DNA from: Bacteroidota bacterium
Lineage (GTDB): Bacteria; Bacteroidota; Bacteroidia; Chitinophagales; Saprospiraceae
Assembly (NCBI GenBank): GCA_038530915.1
Contig: JBCBCD010000001.1
Location: 1 to 30,220 of the forward strand
Direction of reading: 5' to 3'
Length of the DNA stretch: 30,220 bases
Shown: in pieces, positions 1 to 8,224 of the stretch
Numbering within the stretch: the first letter of the stretch is position 1
How the letters are laid out: the number at the start of each line of letters is the position of its first letter
The notes under the pieces: generated by a model
Databases searched by the model: none
Told to the model about the DNA's origin: nothing
The model's input: the letters and a program-made list of their open reading frames with translations, nothing else
Made by a program: the position numbers and the translations under genes

Positions 1-169
1 CAAAAATATCAAATATCATGGATTTATTAATGTTAGTACTATCAGTTGTCGTAGGTGATTTAGGTGGCCTTTAGATTCAAAAAGATTATGTTTAGTTTTT
101 TCTTTTTTAAGAAATATTATTAATTTCTACATTAAACATTTTTAGTTAAAACGTTCATTAAAGATTCCC

Positions 170-177
170 TACTTTTG
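170..177 (+). promoter_or_regulatory. Bacteroidota -7 promoter element (TACTTTTG)
   Basis: Exact TAnnTTTG match 14 nt upstream of the ATG at 192. Confidence 0.6.
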
Positions 178-191
178 CGGTCAAATTACAA

Positions 192-2459
192 ATGACTGAA
201 TGTATGAGATCTATTACAGTAGGAATATTATTACTTGGGCTGTTAAATATGATAAACGCCCAAATTACACAATCTAACAATCCGTACACCATCCAAATAA
301 ACCAAACCCCATCACCTATTATCCTAGATGGCGTATTGGATGAAGCAGCTTGGCAAAAAGCTGATTTAGTAAGTAGTTTTTATCAAAATTTCCCCTTTGA
401 CACATCCTATGCTGATGAAAAGACCCTCGTTAGAGTGACTTTTGATGCACAGTTTCTATATATCGGAGCGCAAGTGTTTCAAGCTGAGAATAGTTTGATT
501 ATTTCCAGCTTGAGACGAGACTTCGATCCAGGGACTAGTGATGATTTCTCGGTCAATATTGATCCATTTCAGGATCAGTTGAATGGATTTCATTTTGGAG
601 TATCTGCTTTCAACATACAGCGAGAAGGCCTTATAGACAATGGTGATAATGTCCCTTTAGACTGGGACAATAAATGGTATTCTCAAGTAAAAAGATCTTC
701 AGATAGCTGGACAGTCGAAATGGCAATTCCTTTCAAAACGTTGAGGTACAAAAGAACTGAAACGGATAACATCTGGCGGATTAGTTTCTCCAGGCGTTCC
801 ATAAAGAAAAATGAAGTCTCGGCTTGGCCTCCTGTACCAAGACAATTTGACGTAGATCACCTAGCTTTCACTGCCTTGATGGAATGGCAAAACCCCCCTC
901 CCAAACCTGGTGCGAATATCTCCCTGATTCCCTTTATGATAGCCAACACCGAAAGAGATTTTGAATTCAACCTTCCCGGTGAGCAAAACTTTGATGTGGG
1001 CATGGATGCCAAAATTGGTGTCACTCCTTCTCTAAACTTGGATTTAACCATTAATCCTGATTTCTCACAAGTAGAAGTAGATAGACAGTTGACCAACTTA
1101 AGCCGTTTTGAATTATTCTTTCCGGAAAGAAGACAGTTCTTTTTGGAAAATGAAGATTTATTCAGTCGTTTTGGCTTCCCTGGTTCGAGGCCGTTTTTTA
1201 GTCGTAGAATTGGTTTGGCTAGTGGTACCATTCAAAAAACCAACACCGCTGGTGATATTATTGAGGTAAATAGAAGTCTTAATGTTCCCATTATTGCTGG
1301 AGCAAGACTAAGTGGCAAACTGGATAACAACTGGCGTATTGGTCTATTAAACATGCATACCGCTGAGCAAGAGGACTTAAACCGGAATCCTGCCAATTAT
1401 TCGGTGGCTGTTTTACAACGTAAAGTTCAAAAAAGATCGGTACTTGGTGCCTTTTTTGTTAATCAGGAAAACTACCTAAAAAACGGCGATGGTGACTTTG
1501 AGTTGGATAGAAATGGATTTAGCCGAGCAGCAGGTATAGAATACAACTTCTTTTCTGAAGACAATAAATGGGAGTCAGAAGCATTTTACCATCGTTCTTT
1601 TAATGCAGAAGACAATCGAGATGCTCAGGCGGCAGGTTTCTATCTGGGATATAATACCAGAGAACTACGTATTTTTGCAGGAGGGCATTATGTTGGAGAC
1701 AATCATCAAGTTGACATGGGATTTATCCCACGAACAGGGTTTGTAAGTACTTTTAATAATATCAATTACAGCATATATCCCAATTCAGATAAAGTCAATC
1801 AGATCAGATTTCAATTGGAAAATAATTTTACCTACAATAAGGCAGATTCAAAGTGGACGGATCGCAGCCATGGCTTAAATGGAAGTATCGTTTTTCCAGG
1901 ACAGAGTGAATTTTCAATTGGAATACAGCAGGATTACACCTATCTTTTCTTTTCCTTTGATCCTACCAATTCAGATGGTGTGGAACTGGCAGAAGGTACA
2001 GAATATACCTATAATAGTTTTGGAGCTTCCTATGATTCAGATTTTAGAAAGCGCTTTTTTTATAGTTTAAGTATTAGTGGGGGCCAATTTTTTAATGGGA
2101 ATATTCTTAATTTATCCGGAGAAATCAACTATCGTCTCCAGCCCTACGGCACATTTTCCATCGCTTATGAATACAATAACATCAGTCTGCCAGAGCCATA
2201 CAATTCAGCAGATTTTTGGCTGGTAGGTCCAAGAGCTGAGTTGGCCTTGTCTAGAAGTATCTTTTGGAGTACTTTCTTACAATACAATACTCAGGCAGAT
2301 AACATCAACATCAACAGTCGTTTACAATGGCGGTTTCAGCCAGCTTCTGATATCTTTTTGGTGTACACAAATAATTATTTCACCAACGAATTTTTTGAAA
2401 ACCCAAGGGAGAAAAACCGAGCTTTGGTGTTTAAGATTAGTTACTGGTTGAATTTATAG
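192..2459 (+). CDS. DUF5916-domain outer-membrane protein with N-terminal CBM9-like domain
   Basis: Signal peptide; CBM9-like motifs PIILDGVLDEAAW and WTVEMAIPFKTLRY; DUF5916-type NPDFSQVEVD and LFFPERRQFFLEN; beta-barrel-like C-terminus KISYWLNL. Confidence 0.8.
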   Translation: MTECMRSITVGILLLGLLNMINAQITQSNNPYTIQINQTPSPIILDGVLDEAAWQKADLVSSFYQNFPFDTSYADEKTLVRVTFDAQFLYIGAQVFQAENSLIISSLRRDFDPGTSDDFSVNIDPFQDQLNGFHFGVSAFNIQREGLIDNGDNVPLDWDNKWYSQVKRSSDSWTVEMAIPFKTLRYKRTETDNIWRISFSRRSIKKNEVSAWPPVPRQFDVDHLAFTALMEWQNPPPKPGANISLIPFMIANTERDFEFNLPGEQNFDVGMDAKIGVTPSLNLDLTINPDFSQVEVDRQLTNLSRFELFFPERRQFFLENEDLFSRFGFPGSRPFFSRRIGLASGTIQKTNTAGDIIEVNRSLNVPIIAGARLSGKLDNNWRIGLLNMHTAEQEDLNRNPANYSVAVLQRKVQKRSVLGAFFVNQENYLKNGDGDFELDRNGFSRAAGIEYNFFSEDNKWESEAFYHRSFNAEDNRDAQAAGFYLGYNTRELRIFAGGHYVGDNHQVDMGFIPRTGFVSTFNNINYSIYPNSDKVNQIRFQLENNFTYNKADSKWTDRSHGLNGSIVFPGQSEFSIGIQQDYTYLFFSFDPTNSDGVELAEGTEYTYNSFGASYDSDFRKRFFYSLSISGGQFFNGNILNLSGEINYRLQPYGTFSIAYEYNNISLPEPYNSADFWLVGPRAELALSRSIFWSTFLQYNTQADNININSRLQWRFQPASDIFLVYTNNYFTNEFFENPREKNRALVFKISYWLNL

Positions 2460-2491
2460 TTTTGGTCTTTGGTCTATGTCAGCTCTAACTT

Positions 2492-2547
2492 AGACAAAAG
2501 ACAAAAGACAAAAGACAAAAGACAAAAGACAAAAGACAAAAGACAAA
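2492..2547. repeat. Heptamer tandem repeat (AGACAAA)x8
   Basis: Eight exact copies; preceded by an imperfect inverted arm ttttggtctttggtcta (about 2460-2476), forming a hairpin just after the stop at 2459. Confidence 0.95.
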
Positions 2548-2612
2548 AATTATTCTATGCGAGAAATCGGAAAAGTAATTGTAAATTCAGGCTCACTTAC
2601 TTTAAATAAATT

Positions 2613-3638
2613 ATGAGTCGCTCAGTCAATGTAATTTTACTGTTAGTAGGGGTAGTATTTATCTTGATAATTACTAAAAACTACTTGATACCTGTTGTTT
2701 TAGCTTTAATTATTTGGTATTTGATCAGAGTTATTGGCCAAAACATGAGCCGCTTCAGTTTGTACAATAAGTTGCCGGGATGGATTCAATATACACTTAT
2801 CTTTTTGTTGATGTTTTCTACAATTATTGGTGTTTCAGAATTGTTGTTGATGAGCATTCGTAACTTTTCTAAAGTCTTACCATCTTATCAGGAGAATGTT
2901 GAAAAAATCAATGCCTCTATTATCGAACAGTTCAATTTTGATGTCATAGCCAACTTGGAAAAATATGCCGGAGAAGCCGATGTAGCTGCTATTTTAGAGC
3001 CCATCATGAATAGTCTTTCCGGTGCAGTTGGGAATGTTGTCATGATCATTATCTACTGTATATTTTTACTATTGGAGCAAGGCACTTTTGAGCGAAAATT
3101 CAGGTTTTTGTTTAAGGATGAGGAGAAATATGCTCAAGCTAAAAATATTATGCATCGCATTGATGAGTCATTTAGTAAATACATCTTGTTAAAAACCTTT
3201 GTAAGTGTTTTAACAGGGGTATTAAGCTACTTTGCTTTGTTGTTGCTCAAGGTAGACTCACCCGTACTTTGGTCTTTCTTAATTTTTTTATTGAATTATA
3301 TTCCTAGTATCGGTTCTTTACTAGCTACTGCCTTTCCGGTAATTGTTGCCATGCTTCAATATGGCGAAGTGATGCCTGGCATTTATGTGTTATTAGTAGT
3401 GGGAGCCATACAATTGGTAGTGGGTAATTTCATTGATCCTAAATTAATGGGCGATTCCTTGAATATAAGTTCTTTGGTGGTATTACTAGCCTTAGTTGTG
3501 TGGGGTGCCATATGGGGCGTGTTAGGCATGGTATTGAGCGTACCTATTACTGTGATGTTGATCATAATATTCAGCAATTTTGAAGCCACAAGACCTATAG
3601 CAATATTGCTTTCATCAAATGGAACGCTAAAAGACTAA
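2613..3638 (+). CDS. AI-2E family transporter (PerM/UPF0118)
   Basis: 341 aa, multi-TM; motifs FLLNYIPSIG, GNFIDPKLMG and WGVLGMVLSVP. Confidence 0.9.
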   Translation: MSRSVNVILLLVGVVFILIITKNYLIPVVLALIIWYLIRVIGQNMSRFSLYNKLPGWIQYTLIFLLMFSTIIGVSELLLMSIRNFSKVLPSYQENVEKINASIIEQFNFDVIANLEKYAGEADVAAILEPIMNSLSGAVGNVVMIIIYCIFLLLEQGTFERKFRFLFKDEEKYAQAKNIMHRIDESFSKYILLKTFVSVLTGVLSYFALLLLKVDSPVLWSFLIFLLNYIPSIGSLLATAFPVIVAMLQYGEVMPGIYVLLVVGAIQLVVGNFIDPKLMGDSLNISSLVVLLALVVWGAIWGVLGMVLSVPITVMLIIIFSNFEATRPIAILLSSNGTLKD

Positions 3639-3640
3639 AT

Positions 3641-4363
3641 ATGAATCAATTTGAAACTCCCATAAACTTACTCAAATTACCTAATGGTCAATCGGTTAAG
3701 GGAATACTTTTTGACTTGAATGGTACGATGGTAGATGATATGATGATCCACCACAAAGCCTGGAAGAAAAAACTGGCAGAACATGGATTAGACCTAACAT
3801 TGGAGGAAGTTCGACAAACCATACATGGTGTCAATGAGGAAATATTGGAGCGTTTATTTGGCCACAAATATTCAGTAGAGCAAAGAAAACAAATCGCTTG
3901 GGAGAAAGAAGCCGCTTATCGGGAAATATTCAAACCCGACCTCAAACTTATTGATGGCCTACCTGCTTTTTTGGCTTCATTAACCCATGCAGGTATTCCT
4001 ATGGCAATCGGAACTGCCGCACCAAAAGAAAATGCTGATTTCGTTTTAGACGAGTTGAATATGCGTTCGATGTTTGGTGCACTGGTACATTCCGGAGATG
4101 TAGAAAAGGGAAAACCTAACCCTGAGGTTTTTGAAAAGGCAGCCAAAGGCATACATCTAGAAGCAAAAGATTGTCTGATTTTTGAAGATAGTCCAACAGG
4201 TGCAGAAGCTGCTTATAATGCCGGAGCTCCTGTTATCATCATTACAACTACCCATACTTCTGAAGAATTTGCACATCTTACAAATGTGGTTCATACGATG
4301 GATAATTACAATAACATTCATATCAAAAATGCTGGTGAAGATTGGAAATTAGATATTGGGTAG
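3641..4363 (+). CDS. HAD-family phosphatase (beta-phosphoglucomutase-like)
   Basis: Motif I LFDLNGTMVD (second Asp replaced by Asn), KGKPNPE, and motif IV IFEDSPTG; starts 2 nt after the AI-2E stop. Confidence 0.85.
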   Translation: MNQFETPINLLKLPNGQSVKGILFDLNGTMVDDMMIHHKAWKKKLAEHGLDLTLEEVRQTIHGVNEEILERLFGHKYSVEQRKQIAWEKEAAYREIFKPDLKLIDGLPAFLASLTHAGIPMAIGTAAPKENADFVLDELNMRSMFGALVHSGDVEKGKPNPEVFEKAAKGIHLEAKDCLIFEDSPTGAEAAYNAGAPVIIITTTHTSEEFAHLTNVVHTMDNYNNIHIKNAGEDWKLDIG

Positions 4364-4552
4364 TGGTATTATCCTGTGATCTTGTTTTATATCCTATGAT
4401 GTTTTGCTCTTTTGATCCTGTGATGAGATACTGCTGAATGGTCAAGTAGATTTAATCATTCAGCAGTATAACTCTTCGTAACTCTGCGCCCTCAGCGGTG
4501 AAGAAAAATTGGTCTGAAAATTTTGTTTGATAAGTGTGAAAATCGAACTTAT

Positions 4553-4608
4553 AAAAAGATAAAAAGATAAAAAGATAAAAAGATAAAAAGATAAAAAGAT
4601 AAAAAGAT
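4553..4608. repeat. Octamer tandem repeat (AAAAAGAT)x7
   Basis: Seven exact copies ending 1 nt from the stop codon of the TonB-dependent receptor. Confidence 0.95.
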
Positions 4609-4609
4609 C

Positions 4610-7039
4610 TTAATACTCATCTCCACCCATACCTCCATCTCCACGACCCCCTCTTCTATCTCTCTTCTTCTGGTTGATGCGATAACTTAAATTGATGGTA
4701 AGGGTACGTGGTCTCCACTGTGAATCTCTTTCAGAAAAGAAATCAGCTTGCTCTACGATGCTTCTGAATCTTCTGGAGTTGAATAAGTCTCTTACATTAA
4801 CTGCGAGTGTTGCTCTACCTTTAAGTAGGTCTGTTGAAGCACCTAGATCTACTCTGGCTAATGATCTTCTTCTACCTTGAGCCGTATTTTCTGGAGCAGT
4901 ATAAAAAATAGATCCTTGAAAATCAATTAATTCAAAAAACTCAATATTGGTATTGAATCGAGTATTCCATGTAATGGCATCATTGTAAAAACGTACTCCT
5001 TCAAACTCTCCATCTGTTATGGCTCTATAGAAGTTGAAATTAGCATTTATACTCCATGCTTTAGTAATATCCTGATTGGCATTGAACTCAATACCATAAG
5101 CATTTTGAGTAGATAAGTTAACAGGAATACGCAAGGTGGTACCATCAGGATTGATAGTGATAATACGCTCTACTACACCTTGACGGTGGCGGTAATACAA
5201 ACTGGTTAAAACAGATCCTGAATCCCAGTACTTCAAATAACTGGTTTCAAAAGAGTTGGTAAACTCTGGTTGTAAGTTAGGATTACCCGCAAAGTTGTTT
5301 CTTGGGTCGCTAAAACTAGAAAATGGCAATAAGCTTCTAAACCTTGGTCTGTTGATGCGACGGCTATAGCTCAATTGAATTTGATCTTCGTCATTTAATT
5401 TGTAAGCTAGGTTGGCACTTGGAAAAAAGCTGAAGTAGTTTTGGTTGTTCGACTCATTGGTTTCAATTAAGCTTACTGTGATGTCAGATTGTTCTGCTCT
5501 TAAACCAAATTGTGCAGAAAAACGCTCAAACTCTTTAGCATAAATAGCATATGCTGCGTAAATATTTTCTTCAAACTGCAACTGATTACTAAGGTCTTCG
5601 AAACGTACAAACTGGTCGGTCACAGGATCAAGTTCTTCCACAAAAAAGTCGTTGTCAATGGTTCGAACACTTGCTCTTAATCCTGCCTCAAATTTAGCAC
5701 CTTCACCTAGTGGATGGATATAGTCTGTTTGGAATAAGAAGTTGCTGTTTTTCTCTACATTATCGGATTGTTGAAGGATGGGAGTATTGTTATCTACAAA
5801 CTCCTGATAGTCAGATAACTCACTTTCAGTATCCGTGAATAGTTTTAAGTCTACTGTCCATTTCTGATCTTTATGTCTCTCAAATGTTTTTTCATAATTC
5901 AAGTTGGCCTCCACATCGGTCTCGGGCTCTTCTTCAATAGTTTCTCTTAGTGTTCTACTAATCACATCGTCATTTTCATCCAAGTCTTCGTACAATAAAT
6001 CAGAGAAATTCTCATTTTTTTCACGGCCATATACAAATGAACCAGTCAACATATTGTAATCATTAATAAACCAATTGGTACCAAATTGAAAGTTGCCAGA
6101 AAAACCAGTTCTTCTTCTATCATTATTACTTCTAAAAGCACTTGTAGATCCATCTTGATTGATAGATCTTTGGTAGTATCTCGTAAATCCCGGAGACTCC
6201 CTATATCCTGCGCCTAAACTAGTAAACCAATTGAAGTTATCTTTGCGATAATTTAATGTATAAGACAAGCCATGGTTGCCCGGAAAACCAGTTCTCACTG
6301 CAAAAGAACCATTGAAACCATCTTTCTTTCCTTTCTTCAGTATAATATTAATGATACCGACCTCACCTTCTGCTTCATATCTGGCAGATGGGTTGGTGAT
6401 GATTTCTACACGCTCTATCATATCTCCCTGTAACTGTCTCAAGCCTTCTGTGCTATTTAATCCAACTAGACCTGATGGCTTACCATCCAATAAAATGCGT
6501 ACACCTTGACTCCCCCTTAAGCTTACATTACCTTCTACATCCACTTGGACCGAAGGAATATTGTCCAATAATTCAGAGGCATTCATACCTGTATTACTCA
6601 AATCTTTCCCCACATTAAATACACGCTTGTCTAAGCTCAAACTCATTTGAGACTTTTCAGCTACAACCTCGATTTCATCAAGGACCATACTATTTTCGAG
6701 CATATTGATGGTTCCTAATGAAATTAAGTTGCCATCTCTGTTAAAATCTCTGATGGTTTGTTTTTTGTAAGAAACGAAAGTGATCTGTAGTACAAAATCT
6801 ACAGCATCGGTCTTTAATTCAAAATTCCCATCAAAGTCTGTGGTCGTACCTGTAATAAGAGAACTATCAGCCGGACTCAAAAGAGAAGCTGTTGCAAAAC
6901 TCAAGGGCTCATTAGTGTTAGCATCTACTACTTTACCAGTAATGGTTGTAGTAACTATCACATCCATCGGCTGTGCAAATGATAAATTTGGAAAAAGTGC
7001 AATTAGTGCACAAAGCGTTATTCCTTGGTAGAATTTCAT
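4610..7039 (-). CDS. TonB-dependent receptor / outer-membrane beta-barrel family protein
   Basis: Signal peptide; CarboxypepD_reg-like ITGKVVD..TNEPLSFATA; plug LLDNIPSVQVDVEGNVSLRG and IEIITNPSARYEAEG; barrel GNPNLQPEFTNSFE; Gly-rich tail. Confidence 0.9.
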   Translation of the reverse strand: MKFYQGITLCALIALFPNLSFAQPMDVIVTTTITGKVVDANTNEPLSFATASLLSPADSSLITGTTTDFDGNFELKTDAVDFVLQITFVSYKKQTIRDFNRDGNLISLGTINMLENSMVLDEIEVVAEKSQMSLSLDKRVFNVGKDLSNTGMNASELLDNIPSVQVDVEGNVSLRGSQGVRILLDGKPSGLVGLNSTEGLRQLQGDMIERVEIITNPSARYEAEGEVGIINIILKKGKKDGFNGSFAVRTGFPGNHGLSYTLNYRKDNFNWFTSLGAGYRESPGFTRYYQRSINQDGSTSAFRSNNDRRRTGFSGNFQFGTNWFINDYNMLTGSFVYGREKNENFSDLLYEDLDENDDVISRTLRETIEEEPETDVEANLNYEKTFERHKDQKWTVDLKLFTDTESELSDYQEFVDNNTPILQQSDNVEKNSNFLFQTDYIHPLGEGAKFEAGLRASVRTIDNDFFVEELDPVTDQFVRFEDLSNQLQFEENIYAAYAIYAKEFERFSAQFGLRAEQSDITVSLIETNESNNQNYFSFFPSANLAYKLNDEDQIQLSYSRRINRPRFRSLLPFSSFSDPRNNFAGNPNLQPEFTNSFETSYLKYWDSGSVLTSLYYRHRQGVVERIITINPDGTTLRIPVNLSTQNAYGIEFNANQDITKAWSINANFNFYRAITDGEFEGVRFYNDAITWNTRFNTNIEFFELIDFQGSIFYTAPENTAQGRRRSLARVDLGASTDLLKGRATLAVNVRDLFNSRRFRSIVEQADFFSERDSQWRPRTLTINLSYRINQKKRDRRGGRGDGGMGGDEY

Positions 7040-7084
7040 TCCGGGTAATTTAATAAGTCGTTAAATATCAACAGATGTTCAGTG

Positions 7085-7092
7085 CAAAAATA
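7085..7092 (-). promoter_or_regulatory. Bacteroidota -7 promoter element (TATTTTTG)
   Basis: caaaaata on + equals TAnnTTTG on -, 45 nt upstream of the receptor ATG. Confidence 0.5.
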
Positions 7093-7203
7093 CGACTATT
7101 AAACGGTCCAAACAGTCATATGTTTGTTGGAATAATACATTAGGCGAGCTAAATATATTTAGAGACAATTTTGATCTACTTGTTGGTAAAAAGTCCTGAT
7201 TAA

Positions 7204-7238
7204 TTCATCATTCATCTTTTATCATTCATCTTTCATAT
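7204..7238. repeat. Imperfect heptamer repeat (TTCATCW)x5
   Basis: ttcatca ttcatct tttatca ttcatct ttcatat, abutting the LytTR stop codon. Confidence 0.8.
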
Positions 7239-8002
7239 TAAAGAAATGGATTCTCAGAAATATTCTGCAAAGACTTTAATAGGCTTTCTTTTTTTCGAAA
7301 TGATACTGGCACTTTGGTACCATCACTTAGAATGATCTGTCCTCCATCAGCTTTATCGAATCTAATCACATGCTGGATATTAATCAAATGAGAGTGATGT
7401 GATCGTATGAAGCCATAAGGTGAAAAGAGCTTATCGTATTCTTTTAAATTGATAGAGGTGGTGATGGGACTTCGACCGTTAACAAAAAAGCGAGTATAAC
7501 TACCATCAGCCTGACAGCGGAGGATGTCTTTTATCTGTATAATATAAAGGCTATCTGAGTCTTTTAGTACTACTTTCCTATCCTGATTTGACAGCATATT
7601 CATATTTTCCATGAAGATGGACTGTTCGATTTTTTGGTTGACTCGTTGTTTGGCCTTATCTATTGCATCCGTTAAATGATTGGGCTCAATAGGTTTCAAA
7701 AGATAATCTATAGCAGATAAACGAAAAGCTTCTACAGCATACTTGTCATGAGCTGTGATAAAAATAACCTGATGATTTTTATGGTTGAGTTGTCTCAATA
7801 AATCTACACCTGTACCATCTTGCATTTCTACATCTAAAAAAATGAGATCAGGATGATGTTTTGATATGAGCTGTAGACCTGTTTTTACACCATTGGCCTC
7901 ACCTAATATTTGAATATCAGGACAAAAAATATCCAGTAAGCTTTTTAAGCTATTGCGAGCATTTTTTTCATCATCTATTATCACAACTTGCATCATAGCC
8001 AA
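7238..8002 (-). CDS. LytR/AlgR-family response regulator (REC + LytTR)
   Basis: IIDDE, DLIFLDVEMQDGTG, IFITAH, DYLLKP; LytTR FIRSHHSHLIN. The start could also be 7996 or 7993. Confidence 0.92.
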   Translation of the reverse strand: MAMMQVVIIDDEKNARNSLKSLLDIFCPDIQILGEANGVKTGLQLISKHHPDLIFLDVEMQDGTGVDLLRQLNHKNHQVIFITAHDKYAVEAFRLSAIDYLLKPIEPNHLTDAIDKAKQRVNQKIEQSIFMENMNMLSNQDRKVVLKDSDSLYIIQIKDILRCQADGSYTRFFVNGRSPITTSINLKEYDKLFSPYGFIRSHHSHLINIQHVIRFDKADGGQIILSDGTKVPVSFRKKESLLKSLQNISENPFL

Positions 8003-8185
8003 ACTCCAATTTTTACTAGTTTACAAATTAAGTTGTGTTTGTGTATTAGAAAAGAAATCTATGTTTTTTTAATACACATACACAGAAGGATAGGCTGTCA
8101 AACCCAAAGGATAAGACAGCCTCATCAAATATTTCCTCTTTAAAGCGAGTAGTAACACATTTTACAAGAGCACTAGTTTTCATAA

Positions 8186-8220
8186 GCAAATGGAAGTTGC
8201 CATTGGCAACTTCCATTTGC
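8186..8220. repeat. 17-bp perfect inverted repeat (possible terminator or RNA stabiliser)
   Basis: gcaaatggaagttgcca-t-tggcaacttccatttgc, 4 nt past the stop at 8225; no clear U-tract. Confidence 0.75.
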
Positions 8221-8224
8221 ACCA

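Noticed and set aside
8092-8122. aggctgtc/gacagcct hairpin as a terminator or riboswitch
   Set aside because: 8-bp stem with a 15-nt loop, no U-tract and no known aptamer motif.
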